Shown here: positions 28,707 to 37,939 of the stretch, piece by piece
Position numbering within the stretch: the first letter of the stretch is position 1
Layout: each line of letters begins with the position of its first letter
Assembly: GCA_963805925.1 (NCBI GenBank)
Contig: CAWDWB010000005.1
Span: 18,247-82,246, forward strand
Length of the DNA stretch: 64,000 bases
Direction: 5' to 3'
DNA from: an uncultured Acidobacteriota bacterium
Lineage (GTDB): Bacteria; Acidobacteriota; Terriglobia; Bryobacterales; UBA6623
Notes under the pieces: generated by a model
Databases searched by the model: none
What the model was told of the DNA's origin: nothing
Seen by the model: the letters and a program-made list of their open reading frames with translations, nothing else
Position numbers and translations under genes: made by a program

Positions 28707-28719
28707 TCAACGGCAGCTT

Positions 28720-29682
28720 ATGAACAGATTCGGACTGATGCTGGCGTTGTCCGCGGTCGCGGCCGCCGGGTACCTGATGGCGCAGGATGCTGGCCGTGTA
28801 GCCCCGCAGCCGAGCGACGTAGTCCCCGGCAATGAGGAGTCCACGATTCGCGTCGAGGTCTCTCGCGTGCCCTTGCTGTTTGCCGTGACCGACAAACGCA
28901 ACCGCTTCATCACTGATCTCGACAAGGACGACTTCGAGGTTTACGACAACAACGTCAAGCAAGAGATCCGCGAGTTCGTCCGCGAATCCGATCTCCCCCT
29001 GCGTATCGGTATTTTGATGGATACATCGAACTCCGTCCGCGGCAGATTCCGCTTCGAACAGGAGTCGGCGATTGAGTTTATCCGAGGCGTGTTGGCCGAC
29101 GGCAACGACCGCGCCTTCTTGGTCAGCTACGACACTCGCGCCGAGTTGATGGTCGATTACACGCAGGACGCTGAAGAGCTAGGACGCGGGGTGCGCCTGT
29201 TGCGCGCCGGCGGCGGCACGGCCTTATACGACGCGATCTACTACGCATGCCGCGACAAGCTGCCTGAAGACCAGCCGCTGGCGCAGTTTCGCCGGGCGCT
29301 GATCGTGATTGGCGACGGCGAAGACAACCAGTCCTCCGTGACCCGCGACATGGCGCTCGAAATGGCCCACAAGGCGGAGACCGTGATCTATTCGATCTCG
29401 ACGAACCGCACAGGCCAAAGGCAGTCGGGCGATAAAGTTCTACGATATTTTGCGGAAGAGACCGGCGGAAGGTCCTTCCACCCCTTCCAGGCGACAGAAC
29501 TGGAGCAATCGTTTGCGGATATTGCCAACGAACTGCGGCACCAGTACTTCATCATCTATTCGCCTACAGACTTTGCGCTTGACGGGAGTTTCCACAAGAT
29601 CCGTGTGCAGACGAACGTCAAGAACACGTTGGTCAGAGCCCGTAGCGGCTATTATGCGCCGCTGCCGAACGAGCAGCAGTAG
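28720..29682 (+). CDS. Secreted VWA-domain protein (acidobacterial VWFA-related type)
   Basis: Signal peptide. ..LRIGILMDTSNSV.. (MIDAS DxSxS) ..GGGTALYDAI..LIVIGDGEDN.. . Confidence 0.8.
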   Translation: MNRFGLMLALSAVAAAGYLMAQDAGRVAPQPSDVVPGNEESTIRVEVSRVPLLFAVTDKRNRFITDLDKDDFEVYDNNVKQEIREFVRESDLPLRIGILMDTSNSVRGRFRFEQESAIEFIRGVLADGNDRAFLVSYDTRAELMVDYTQDAEELGRGVRLLRAGGGTALYDAIYYACRDKLPEDQPLAQFRRALIVIGDGEDNQSSVTRDMALEMAHKAETVIYSISTNRTGQRQSGDKVLRYFAEETGGRSFHPFQATELEQSFADIANELRHQYFIIYSPTDFALDGSFHKIRVQTNVKNTLVRARSGYYAPLPNEQQ

Positions 29683-29748
29683 CGGTCCGTCCCGCCGTGG
29701 AACGGTTTCTTAAATTTTGGACTTTCTTTGGTGAGCCCGATCATGTAT

Positions 29749-29763
29749 ATTCGATATTTGTTC
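29749..29763 (+). promoter_or_regulatory. Candidate LexA (SOS) box upstream of recA
   Basis: ATTC-GATATTT-GTTC is GTTC-N7-GTTC with one mismatch. It lies 47 nt upstream of the recA ATG and overlaps a TATATT -10-like hexamer. Confidence 0.3.
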
Positions 29764-29809
29764 GCCCCTTTGGTAAGGTAGATCTATGATGAGAGGAGCA
29801 AAGAAAACC

Positions 29810-30850
29810 ATGGAGACGCGTGACCGAGTACAAAGCTTGGAAGCGGCCATCGGAGAGATCGAGAAAGCTCACGGCAAGGGCTCGATCCTTCGCCTTGGGC
29901 AAGACGGCGCTGTGGACGCGGTCGCAGCGATTCCGACGGGCTCGCTTTCCGTCGACTATGCGTTAGGCGTCGGCGGTCTGCCTCGCGGCCGCGTCGTTGA
30001 GATCTACGGCCCGGAGTCGTCGGGTAAGACGACTCTGGCTCTATCGACCATTGCCCAGGCCCAGAAGCTAGGCGGCGTAGCGGCCTTCATCGACGCGGAA
30101 CACGCCATGGACCCGATCTACGCGGCTCGTTTGGGTGTAGACATCGACAATTTGTTGGTATCGCAGCCGGATTCCGGCGAGCAAGCCCTGCAAATCGCCG
30201 ACGTGCTGGTCAGTTCCGGCTCAGTCGACATCTTGGTAGTAGATTCGGTCGCCGCACTGGTGCCGCGCGCTGAACTTGAAGGCGAAGTGGGCGATTCGCA
30301 CGTCGGCCTGCAGGCGCGCTTGATGTCCCAGGCCCTGCGCAAACTGACCGGCCACGTGTTCAAGTCCAACTGCTGCCTCATCTTCATCAACCAGATACGC
30401 GAGAAGATCGGCGTCATGTTCGGCAGCCCCGAGACGACCAGCGGCGGCCGTGCGCTCAAGTTTTACTCTTCGGTCCGCATCGACATTCGCCGCATTGCCG
30501 CGATCAAGGACGGCGACGTCGTCACCGGCAACCGGACCAAGGTCAAGGTGGTCAAGAACAAGGTCGCCCCGCCGTTCCGGCAGGCCGAGTTTGACATCAT
30601 GTACGGTCAGGGAATTTCGCTCGAAGGCGACTTGATCGACCTAGGCGTCGAACACAAAGTCTTGAACAAGAGCGGATCTTGGTACTCCTACGGCGACGAC
30701 CGCATCGGTCAAGGACGCGAGAACACCAAGCAGTTCTTGAGCGAAAACATCGACGTGCGCGACAAGTTAGAGAACGAACTGCGCGAAGCTCTGGGGTTGC
30801 CGAGCCTACTCGATGTCGTCGAGGAAGCCGAGGCCGTTGCGGACGAGTAG
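29810..30850 (+). CDS. recA: Recombinase RecA
   Basis: ..[48 protein letters not shown].. . ATG 29810 is preceded by GAGAGGAG, so the ORF track start at 29786 is probably too long. Confidence 0.97.
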   Translation: METRDRVQSLEAAIGEIEKAHGKGSILRLGQDGAVDAVAAIPTGSLSVDYALGVGGLPRGRVVEIYGPESSGKTTLALSTIAQAQKLGGVAAFIDAEHAMDPIYAARLGVDIDNLLVSQPDSGEQALQIADVLVSSGSVDILVVDSVAALVPRAELEGEVGDSHVGLQARLMSQALRKLTGHVFKSNCCLIFINQIREKIGVMFGSPETTSGGRALKFYSSVRIDIRRIAAIKDGDVVTGNRTKVKVVKNKVAPPFRQAEFDIMYGQGISLEGDLIDLGVEHKVLNKSGSWYSYGDDRIGQGRENTKQFLSENIDVRDKLENELREALGLPSLLDVVEEAEAVADE

Positions 30851-30875
30851 CGCGACTCGCTAACAGAACGAATGA

Positions 30876-30909
30876 GGGCCGCTCCGTCGGGAGCGGCCCT
30901 TTTTCCTTT
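30876..30909 (+). terminator. Rho-independent terminator after recA
   Basis: GGGCCGCTCC-GTCG-GGAGCGGCCC (10-bp perfect stem) followed by TTTTTCCTTT. Confidence 0.8.
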
Positions 30910-31942
30910 AGCGCTTGATCTTGGCCATCATACTGGCCTTCTCCCGGACCTTCGGATTGGCGATGAACGGCGGCGCTTGGCCATTGAAGACCGCTAGGAT
31001 GTTGGTGCAGACTTCGCGGCTGTTGCCCTCGACGTTCTCCTCGGTCATCGGAATCCAGTGCGGCGTCAAGATGACGTTGTCGAGGGCAAAGAATGGATGA
31101 TCCTTCGGCGGCGGCTCCTGGCGCAGCACGTCCAAGGCGGCGCCGGCGATACGCCGCTCTTTCAGCACAACCAACAAAGCCTCTTCGTCGACCAACTCGC
31201 CGCGTGCCGTATTGATCAGATAAGCCGACGGCTTCATCAGCGCAAGCGCCCGCGCATCGATGATGTTGCGGGTTTGCTCGGTCAATGGCGCGTGCAGCGA
31301 GATGAAGTCGCTCTCACGCAGCAACGTGTCGAGATCGACCAATTCGACGCCAATTTCGGCGGCGCGCTCAGCCGAACAGAATGGGTCATAGGCGATGGTT
31401 CGTCCGAAGTCGATCGCCTTGGCCAGCCGCACAAATTCGCTGCCGATATTGCCCACGCCGACAATTCCCACGGTGCGGTCGCGCACCAGCACGCCCGAAG
31501 CCTCCATGCCCTGCCGCCAATTGCCGGCGCGCACATTGCGGTCTTGATTGAGAACGTTCTTCGACAGCGTAAGCAGCAGCGTCAACGCGCCCTCGGACAC
31601 CGTGCGCTTCAACGTCGTCGGCGTCACGGCCACGAAAATGTCGTTGTCGGTGGCGGCATCGACATCGATCCGGTCGTAGCCCACGCCCCAGCGCGCCAAA
31701 CACTTCAGCCGCTTGGTCTTCGACAGCAATTCGCGGTTGAAGTAGTAGCCGAGCACCAGCAGGGCGTCGTAGCTGTCCACAACCTCCAGCGAGGGCGTAG
31801 AATCGGCGCACTCCGGCATCACCTCGTACTCAATGCCTTCGACCGGATCAAAGACCTCGCGCAGGGCCGGTCCGAGAACGGACTCGGTGCGGTCGGCCCA
31901 ATCATGTGTGATGCCGACGCGGAACTTTTCGTTAGTGGACAT
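30908..31942 (-). CDS. D-isomer-specific 2-hydroxyacid dehydrogenase
   Basis: ..RTVGIVGVGNIGSEFVRLA..YLINTARGELVDE..LTPHW.. . True start at ATG 31942 (MSTNEKFRVG..). The 581-aa ORF call extends antisense into tdh. Confidence 0.85.
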   Translation of the reverse strand: MSTNEKFRVGITHDWADRTESVLGPALREVFDPVEGIEYEVMPECADSTPSLEVVDSYDALLVLGYYFNRELLSKTKRLKCLARWGVGYDRIDVDAATDNDIFVAVTPTTLKRTVSEGALTLLLTLSKNVLNQDRNVRAGNWRQGMEASGVLVRDRTVGIVGVGNIGSEFVRLAKAIDFGRTIAYDPFCSAERAAEIGVELVDLDTLLRESDFISLHAPLTEQTRNIIDARALALMKPSAYLINTARGELVDEEALLVVLKERRIAGAALDVLRQEPPPKDHPFFALDNVILTPHWIPMTEENVEGNSREVCTNILAVFNGQAPPFIANPKVREKASMMAKIKR

Positions 31943-32044
31943 AAAAAGAGCGGCCCAGCCTGGGCCGAACGGCCATTGTAGCGTCCCGTTGTCGCTCCGA
32001 GGGGGCCGACGCCTATACTTGTGATTCGGTGGCAAGATAATCAA

Positions 32045-33079
32045 ATGAAGGCCCTGGTCAAGAGCAAAAAAGAAGTCGGCCTGTGGATGGAAGACATCCC
32101 CAAGCCAGAATGCGGCATCGACGACGTGCTGATTCGCGTCCACCGCGGCGGCATCTGCGGAACCGACGTGCACATCTGGAACTGGGACGATTGGGCCCAG
32201 GGCGCGGTCCCGGTGCCGACCGTCGTCGGTCACGAGTTCGCCGGTGAGATCGCCGAACTGGGCAGCAACGTCCACGGCTTCGAGATCGGCGACTTCGTCA
32301 GCGCCGAAGGACACGTCGTCTGCGGCAAGTGCCGCAACTGCCAAGCGGGCCGCCGCCACCTGTGCGCCCATACCGAGGGCGTCGGCGTCAATCGAAACGG
32401 CGGATTCGCCGAGTTCGTGACCATTCCGAAATCGAACGTCTGGCGTCACGAAGACGGCATCGACCGGGAGCTGGCGGCGATCTTCGACCCCTTTGGCAAC
32501 GCGGTTCACACGGCGCTGAGCTTCCCGCTCGTGGGTGAAGACGTGCTGATCACGGGCGCAGGGCCGATTGGCTTGATGACGATCCCGGTGGTGAAGCATG
32601 CCGGCGCACGGCACGTGGTAGTCACGGATCTGAATGCGGTTCGCCTGGAGCAAGCGCGCAAAATGGGCGCCACCGTCGCATTCAACCCCATGGAGCGCTC
32701 GCTCGACGACGTACAGCGCGAACTCGGCATGAAAGAAGGCTTCGACGTGGGTCTGGAAATGTCCGGCAGCCCGGCGGCGTTACGTCAGATGGTCGCCAGC
32801 ATGAGTCACGGCGGCAAGATCGCCATTCTAGGCATCCCCAACGACAGTCCCGGCATCGACTGGCGCAAAGTGATCTTCAAGAGCCTGACGATCCTCGGCG
32901 TCTACGGCCGCGAGATGTACGAGACCTGGTACAAGATGACCATGTTGCTGCAGTCCGGCGTCGAAATTTCGCCGGTCATCACACACCGGTTCGCTTTTGA
33001 CGACTACGAAGAGGCCTTTCGGTTGATGAAGACGGGCGACTGCGGCAAGGTCATCTTGTCCTGGCCCTGGGCGGAGTAA
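32045..33079 (+). CDS. tdh: L-threonine 3-dehydrogenase
   Basis: [53 protein letters not shown].. . Followed by kbl. Confidence 0.93.
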   Translation: MKALVKSKKEVGLWMEDIPKPECGIDDVLIRVHRGGICGTDVHIWNWDDWAQGAVPVPTVVGHEFAGEIAELGSNVHGFEIGDFVSAEGHVVCGKCRNCQAGRRHLCAHTEGVGVNRNGGFAEFVTIPKSNVWRHEDGIDRELAAIFDPFGNAVHTALSFPLVGEDVLITGAGPIGLMTIPVVKHAGARHVVVTDLNAVRLEQARKMGATVAFNPMERSLDDVQRELGMKEGFDVGLEMSGSPAALRQMVASMSHGGKIAILGIPNDSPGIDWRKVIFKSLTILGVYGREMYETWYKMTMLLQSGVEISPVITHRFAFDDYEEAFRLMKTGDCGKVILSWPWAE

Positions 33080-33084
33080 GCAAA

Positions 33085-34272
33085 ATGTTTGGCGAAGAGA
33101 CGCGAGCGCGATTCAGCAAGACGTTAGAAGAGATCCAGGCTGCGGGCCTGTACAAGTCCGAGCGCATCATCACCAGTCGGCAAGACGCGCACATCGAGAC
33201 CGGCGAGGGCGGCGAATCGCTCAACCTCTGTGCCAACAATTACCTGGGCCTCGCCAGTCACCCGGAGATCATGGCCGCCGCCCGCCACGCGCTGGACGAG
33301 TGGGGCTATGGCCTCTCGTCCGTGCGCTTCATCTGCGGCACGCAGATGCCTCATAAGCACTTGGAGAACGCCCTGAGTTCCTTCCTCGGCACGGACGACA
33401 CGATTCTCTATTCGTCCTGCTTCGACGCCAACGGCGGTCTGTTTGAGACCCTGCTCGGCCCCGAAGACGCCGTCATCTCCGACGAACTAAACCACGCCAG
33501 CATCATCGACGGCATACGCCTCTGCAAGGCCAAGCGTTTCCGCTATCGCAACAACGATATGACGGATTTGGAAGAGCAACTCCAGGCCGCCTCCGACGCT
33601 CGCATCAAGATGATCGCCACCGACGGCGTCTTCTCCATGGACGGCTACTACGCCAACCTAAAAGCGATTTGCGACCTGGCCGACAGGCACAACGCCATGG
33701 TCATGGTCGATGACTCGCACGCCGTCGGCTTCACCGGCGAGAAAGGCCGCGGCACGCACGAACTCTGCGGCGTCATGGGACGTATCGACATCATCACCGG
33801 AACGCTCGGCAAGGCCCTCGGCGGCGCCAGCGGCGGCTACACCAGCGGACGCAAAGAACTCGTCGACATGCTGCGCCAGCGTTCGCGCCCGTACCTGTTC
33901 TCGAACTCCGTGCCGCCTATGGTCGTCGGCGCCTCGCTGCGCGCCCTCGAACTGCTCGAAGAGAGCGGGGAACTGCGCGAGCGGCTTGTCTCGAACACCA
34001 AGATGTTCCGCGCGGGGCTGGAGAAGCTCGGCTTCAACGTCCTGCCTGGCACGCATCCGATCGTTCCTGTCATGCTCGGCGACGCGGCGTTGGCAGGTCA
34101 ATTCGCCGATGCCCTGCTCGAACGCGGCATCTACGTCATCGGTTTCTCGTACCCAGTCGTGCCCCAAGGCAAAGCCCGCATCCGCACGCAAGTCTCCGCC
34201 GCCCACACCGAAGAAGACCTCAAGTTTGCCCTTGAGCAATTCGGCGCCGTGAAGAAAACGCTGAGCGTTTAA
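33085..34272 (+). CDS. kbl: 2-amino-3-ketobutyrate CoA ligase (glycine C-acetyltransferase)
   Basis: ..[39 protein letters not shown].. (PLP-Lys context). Classical tdh-kbl pair. Confidence 0.93.
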   Translation: MFGEETRARFSKTLEEIQAAGLYKSERIITSRQDAHIETGEGGESLNLCANNYLGLASHPEIMAAARHALDEWGYGLSSVRFICGTQMPHKHLENALSSFLGTDDTILYSSCFDANGGLFETLLGPEDAVISDELNHASIIDGIRLCKAKRFRYRNNDMTDLEEQLQAASDARIKMIATDGVFSMDGYYANLKAICDLADRHNAMVMVDDSHAVGFTGEKGRGTHELCGVMGRIDIITGTLGKALGGASGGYTSGRKELVDMLRQRSRPYLFSNSVPPMVVGASLRALELLEESGELRERLVSNTKMFRAGLEKLGFNVLPGTHPIVPVMLGDAALAGQFADALLERGIYVIGFSYPVVPQGKARIRTQVSAAHTEEDLKFALEQFGAVKKTLSV

Positions 34273-34409
34273 TGGCGCGATGGACGACTCGATTCATCCT
34301 GATGAAAAGGTCATCGGGACAGTCGCGTCTCTCGGCTGGGCTGTGCGACGGCGATGCGGCTGAACGGCGTAACGCAACGCTCAGCGGCCAGCCTCCGTGG
34401 AAGGCAGCC

Positions 34410-34435
34410 GTGGACAGTCAAGAGTGACTGTCCAC
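34410..34435. terminator. Perfect 11-bp hairpin between convergent kbl and DinB genes (possible bidirectional terminator)
   Basis: GTGGACAGTCA-AGAG-TGACTGTCCAC. There is no strong T tract on either side, so terminator function is uncertain. Confidence 0.4.
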
Positions 34436-34483
34436 TTGACGGCCCGATTGTGAGAACTCTCTTTCTCCCCGGCGCCTCGCGTG

Positions 34484-34981
34484 CTATTGAGTGTCCGCCG
34501 AAGGCCCGTAGATCCCTGGGACCTTGCCGCCCATCGGGCGCAAGTATGTGCTGAGCTGGCCGCGGTGGTGGACCGAATGCTTGGCCGACATCGCCAGAAA
34601 GTTCACTCCTGACGTCTGGATCATGCCGAACATGTCGATCGTGTCGTTTAGTTTGTCTCCTGGCATGGCGCGCACACGATCCATCGCCGCTGGAAGTTTT
34701 TCCTTGTAATAGGCGACGGCGTCAGCCGGACTCATGATGCCGCAAGCGTCGGAATCGTCCGGGGGAGGCGTGAACTCTCCGTTGGCGATGCAGTTCAACA
34801 GCCACTCGTCTTCGAGAGCGATGTGCCGGACGAGTCCGAGAGCGGACTTGGACTTCGGGTCCGGCTGGTAGTCGAGGTTAGCTGTCGGTACCGCTTCGAT
34901 TACGCGGATAGTGGCCGGCATTTCGTTTTCGAAATCGGCGATGAGAAAGTCGGCGATGGCTTTGGTCTGGTTGGAATCCAC
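34484..34981 (-). CDS. DinB-family protein
   Basis: ..GLVRHIALEDEW.. and ..AKHSVHHRGQLSTYLR.. . GTG 34981 is preceded by AAGGAG 6 nt upstream. The longer TTG 35044 start is possible. Confidence 0.75.
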   Translation of the reverse strand: MDSNQTKAIADFLIADFENEMPATIRVIEAVPTANLDYQPDPKSKSALGLVRHIALEDEWLLNCIANGEFTPPPDDSDACGIMSPADAVAYYKEKLPAAMDRVRAMPGDKLNDTIDMFGMIQTSGVNFLAMSAKHSVHHRGQLSTYLRPMGGKVPGIYGPSADTQ

Positions 34982-35294
34982 AGGATGCTCCTTTTCTTCG
35001 ATTGATGTTTCTTCTCTGGTCTCTAGCCGATCCGCTTTGGGCAACTGCTAGATACCCGGATGTGTAGCAACCAGCGTCCGCGTTACAGAGTAGGGGACGA
35101 AAAGGGAGGAAAGAGGACGGGCTGCACCGAGTCGAAACAGCCCAGCAGCATAGTACCCTTCGGTCTCGATTCGTCCTTGACTGCCTGAGCCCGTGCTGAC
35201 GGTTCTGATACCTTCCCCCGGGCAGGGCGATCTGCCAGCCGATTTTCACCTGTCGGCAGCAAGAGGAAGAATATGAGGAAAGCCGTGACTGATT

Positions 35295-35554
35295 TTGGAA
35301 CGAAACGATGAATCATCGCCCTCGCCGCATCCAGGCGATGGCTGGGTCGACGCCAAAGGCAGCTTCCTAGCCGCCGTCGGCGCCGGGCCCGTCTATGAAC
35401 TACTCGTCAAGCATGAGACGAGTTCCGACGTGTCCCCCCGGTTGGTATGCGGGTCATCGACGGCGCCGTCAGCTTCCACGAGTGTGCCGGCGGGCACACG
35501 TCGCTGCCGAGCTGGCCGACGTTCCTGGAGTTTGCCGAACGGCAGTTGCAGTGA
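35295..35554 (+). pseudogene. 3'-terminal relic of an esterase (CE15/acetyl-xylan-esterase-like), 5'-truncated and frameshifted
   Basis: Frame 1 reads ..HPGDGWVDAKGSFLAAVGAGPVYELL.. . After a C6 run (35434-35439) the sense continues in another frame as VGMRVIDGAVSFHECAGGHTSLPSWPTFLEFAERQLQ* (TGA 35552-35554). No upstream esterase body is present. Confidence 0.5.
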
Positions 35555-35563
35555 TTCTGGGGC

Positions 35564-36478
35564 TCAGCCCAGAGCTGGCGATCCCACGGCTAACCAAGCC
35601 GCGCAATCCGGCGAGAGGTTCGCGTTTACCGTGTCTTCGTACTTCTGAATTTCTTCGGCGCTCAGCATGTCCCGCCAACGGTTGTTCGTACCCTTGTTGA
35701 TGAAGCTCTTCATGCCGCCGTCCCATAGCTCGTTCAGTCCGGGCGAAAGAGACTCCGCGTTCTCTTTCATATAGGCGAAGGTGCAATGCTCGACGATGGC
35801 CGGCCATTTTGCCTCGTCGATGGGAATATCGAGGAACTCCGCGATGCGGCGCATCTCGCCCGGCAAGTCTGCCTTCAGGTCGTTGTAGTGCAACAGTTTC
35901 ACGTTGGGCAAATGGCGAATATCCCACCACGTCTGGATGTTCTCCCAATAGGGCCAGTACGGAGCTGCATCGTTGTCCAGCCAATCATGGAAGAACTGCC
36001 GAATGTCCACCGTCGGCCGGGACAGGGGTCTATCCTCATTTCCCGGCAAGCTGTTGATGATTCCGTAGAACTCATCTTTCATGATCATCAGGTGGTTGTA
36101 CCAGCTCCACACGACGTCGCGGCCGTCTCGTGCGAGGTAAATATACTTCGCCCTTGGCGACATCACCAGGGCGTCCGCCGGCAGGTGCGTCTTCAAACAG
36201 CGCCGATGGGTTTGCGCCGCCAACTGATCCATCATGGGCTCGTACGGAATGATCCGCATGTCGACCCACGGCGCGATGTCCATCGTAGCGATCTGCTCCT
36301 GCCCTTCGAAGATCAACTGCGTCACGATCTGCTGGCACCAGGTGGTCCCGGATTTGGCCCAGGTGCCGATGACGATGTCGTCGTCGCGAAACGCGAAGCC
36401 GTCCCAGCGAGTGGATTCCATCACTGGATGGACATATTCCCGTTTCTTTTCGGGAACGGTAGCGACGTTGTCGGACAT
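35564..36478 (-). CDS. Sulfotransferase-domain protein (PAPS-dependent, cytosolic type)
   Basis: ..GTWAKSGTTWCQQIV.. (5'-PSB loop), ..YLARDGRDVVWS.. (3'-PB region), ~300 aa. Confidence 0.8.
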   Translation of the reverse strand: MSDNVATVPEKKREYVHPVMESTRWDGFAFRDDDIVIGTWAKSGTTWCQQIVTQLIFEGQEQIATMDIAPWVDMRIIPYEPMMDQLAAQTHRRCLKTHLPADALVMSPRAKYIYLARDGRDVVWSWYNHLMIMKDEFYGIINSLPGNEDRPLSRPTVDIRQFFHDWLDNDAAPYWPYWENIQTWWDIRHLPNVKLLHYNDLKADLPGEMRRIAEFLDIPIDEAKWPAIVEHCTFAYMKENAESLSPGLNELWDGGMKSFINKGTNNRWRDMLSAEEIQKYEDTVNANLSPDCAAWLAVGSPALG

Positions 36479-36812
36479 GCCGGGGCTCCTTTGTTTGCCG
36501 CAGACAGGTTAGCACCATCGCACGCCCACCGGCGGTCAGCATTTTCCTCAACATCCGACCCAGAGGACTGTCGGCCCCGGCTGACCACGATCACCCTGCT
36601 TAACGGCCAACCGACTTGACACGGGGTGGTATACCTAGAAGCAGAAGAGCCCCAGTTAGGCCAGGCACGGCTGGGGCCCCCGACGCGTAGGGAGCAGTAC
36701 TTGGGGCATGCCGATGAGGCCAAACGAAACGGCAGCGTAAGAGCGAAACAGAAACTAGGGTCGACCCAAAGACATCTCCGGTTCCCCGCTTGGAAGGGAA
36801 TCCAACCTGCGT

Positions 36813-36846
36813 CCCAAAGGGCTCCTGGAAACAGGGGCCCTTTGGG
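36813..36846. other. Long GNRA-capped hairpin inside a 540-bp non-coding gap
   Basis: CCCAAAGGGC-T-CCTG-GAAA-CAGG-G-GCCCTTTGGG: 10 bp, a U-G wobble, then 4 bp, with a GAAA tetraloop. No flanking T tract. Confidence 0.4.
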
Positions 36847-37019
36847 CGTTTGGCCTTCAATGAATCAACTCGCCAAATCCGGCGCCCAACGTGCCTCCGC
36901 AATGCCAATCTGCGCCTCGTGGGGCGCAAACTCGTTCCCGCCGCAAACGCCTCCTTGAAGTAAGCTACATAGCGGTGGGGCGCCAGTGGCGCTCCGTATT
37001 CAGCTCCGGAGGAACTCGC

Positions 37020-37925
37020 ATGCAGATTCGAAAGTTCGCATTGACGTTAGTCTTGATCGCGCTCTGTGCCGGCGTTGCAGTTGGGGCCACGCCCCCGGGC
37101 ATGCCCGACGGCTGGTCCGACGGCTACGTCTACGCCAACGGAATCCGCATCCACTACTATCACGCCGTTTCTACGCCCGGTAAACCCGTCATCGTCATGG
37201 CCCACGGCTTCAGCGATTACGGTCTCAACTGGACGACTCTGACCGAAGACTTACAAGACGACTATGACATCTACATGGTCGATGCCAGAGGTCATGGGTA
37301 TACCGATCCGCCCGTTGCTGACGAAAAGGGCGACGTCGCCGTGGAGGACCTCGTCGGGTTCCTGCGCGAGATGAAGATCGAGAAGCCGATCCTGATGGGT
37401 CACTCAATGGGCGCCGCCACGGTGATGCGAATTGGCGCGACCTACCCGGATCTCCCCAAGGCGGTGATCATGCTCGACCCCGGACTAGGGCTTCCCGGCA
37501 CCGGACGGCCCGCACCCCCAAAACAATCACAAGCCGAGGCGATCAAGGCTGCGCTGGCTCGCAATAATACGCCCTACGACGACCTCGTGGCGCAATGCCG
37601 CAAAGGGACGCCGCTCTGGGACCAACTGGACTGCGAGTACTGGGCAGTGTCCAAGAGAATCTTCCACGGTTCTTATGCGCCCGGAGGCCGTATCTCAACC
37701 GGCGCAAGACGAATGAGCACGTCAGAGACCCTGAGTAAGATTACGGCCCCCGCGCTGATCCTCAAGGCCGATGCTACGCCCGAGATCCGAGCGGCAAACA
37801 ACGAAGCCGCCAAAGTCCTCAAGAACGGCAAGCTCGTCCACATCGACGGCGCCGGCCACAACCTGCACCACGACCAGCGTAAGAAGACTGTGGAAGTGCT
37901 GACGGCATTCCTCGGCTCGCTCTAG
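37020..37925 (+). CDS. Secreted alpha/beta hydrolase
   Basis: Signal peptide (MQIRKFALTLVLIALCAGVAVG), HG box VIVMAHGFSD, nucleophile elbow GHSMGA, and a C-terminal ..DGAGHNLHHD.. . ATG 37020 preferred. Confidence 0.8.
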   Translation: MQIRKFALTLVLIALCAGVAVGATPPGMPDGWSDGYVYANGIRIHYYHAVSTPGKPVIVMAHGFSDYGLNWTTLTEDLQDDYDIYMVDARGHGYTDPPVADEKGDVAVEDLVGFLREMKIEKPILMGHSMGAATVMRIGATYPDLPKAVIMLDPGLGLPGTGRPAPPKQSQAEAIKAALARNNTPYDDLVAQCRKGTPLWDQLDCEYWAVSKRIFHGSYAPGGRISTGARRMSTSETLSKITAPALILKADATPEIRAANNEAAKVLKNGKLVHIDGAGHNLHHDQRKKTVEVLTAFLGSL

Positions 37926-37939
37926 ACCGGGGTTCGGCG

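Noticed and set aside
31943-32653. N-terminal 237 aa of the 581-aa minus-strand ORF call (30908-32653)
   Set aside because: This part is antisense to tdh and has no dehydrogenase similarity. The real 2-hydroxyacid dehydrogenase starts at ATG 31942.
35083-35316. 77-aa minus-strand ORF with a signal-peptide-like start (MIHRFVPKSVTAFLIFFLLLPTG..)
   Set aside because: After ~25 residues the sequence becomes featureless, and I see no RBS. It is treated as a possible gene stub at a rearrangement breakpoint rather than as a gene.
35786-36619. 277-aa plus-strand ORF antisense to the sulfotransferase
   Set aside because: Shadow ORF. The sulfotransferase frame has clear PAPS-binding motifs.
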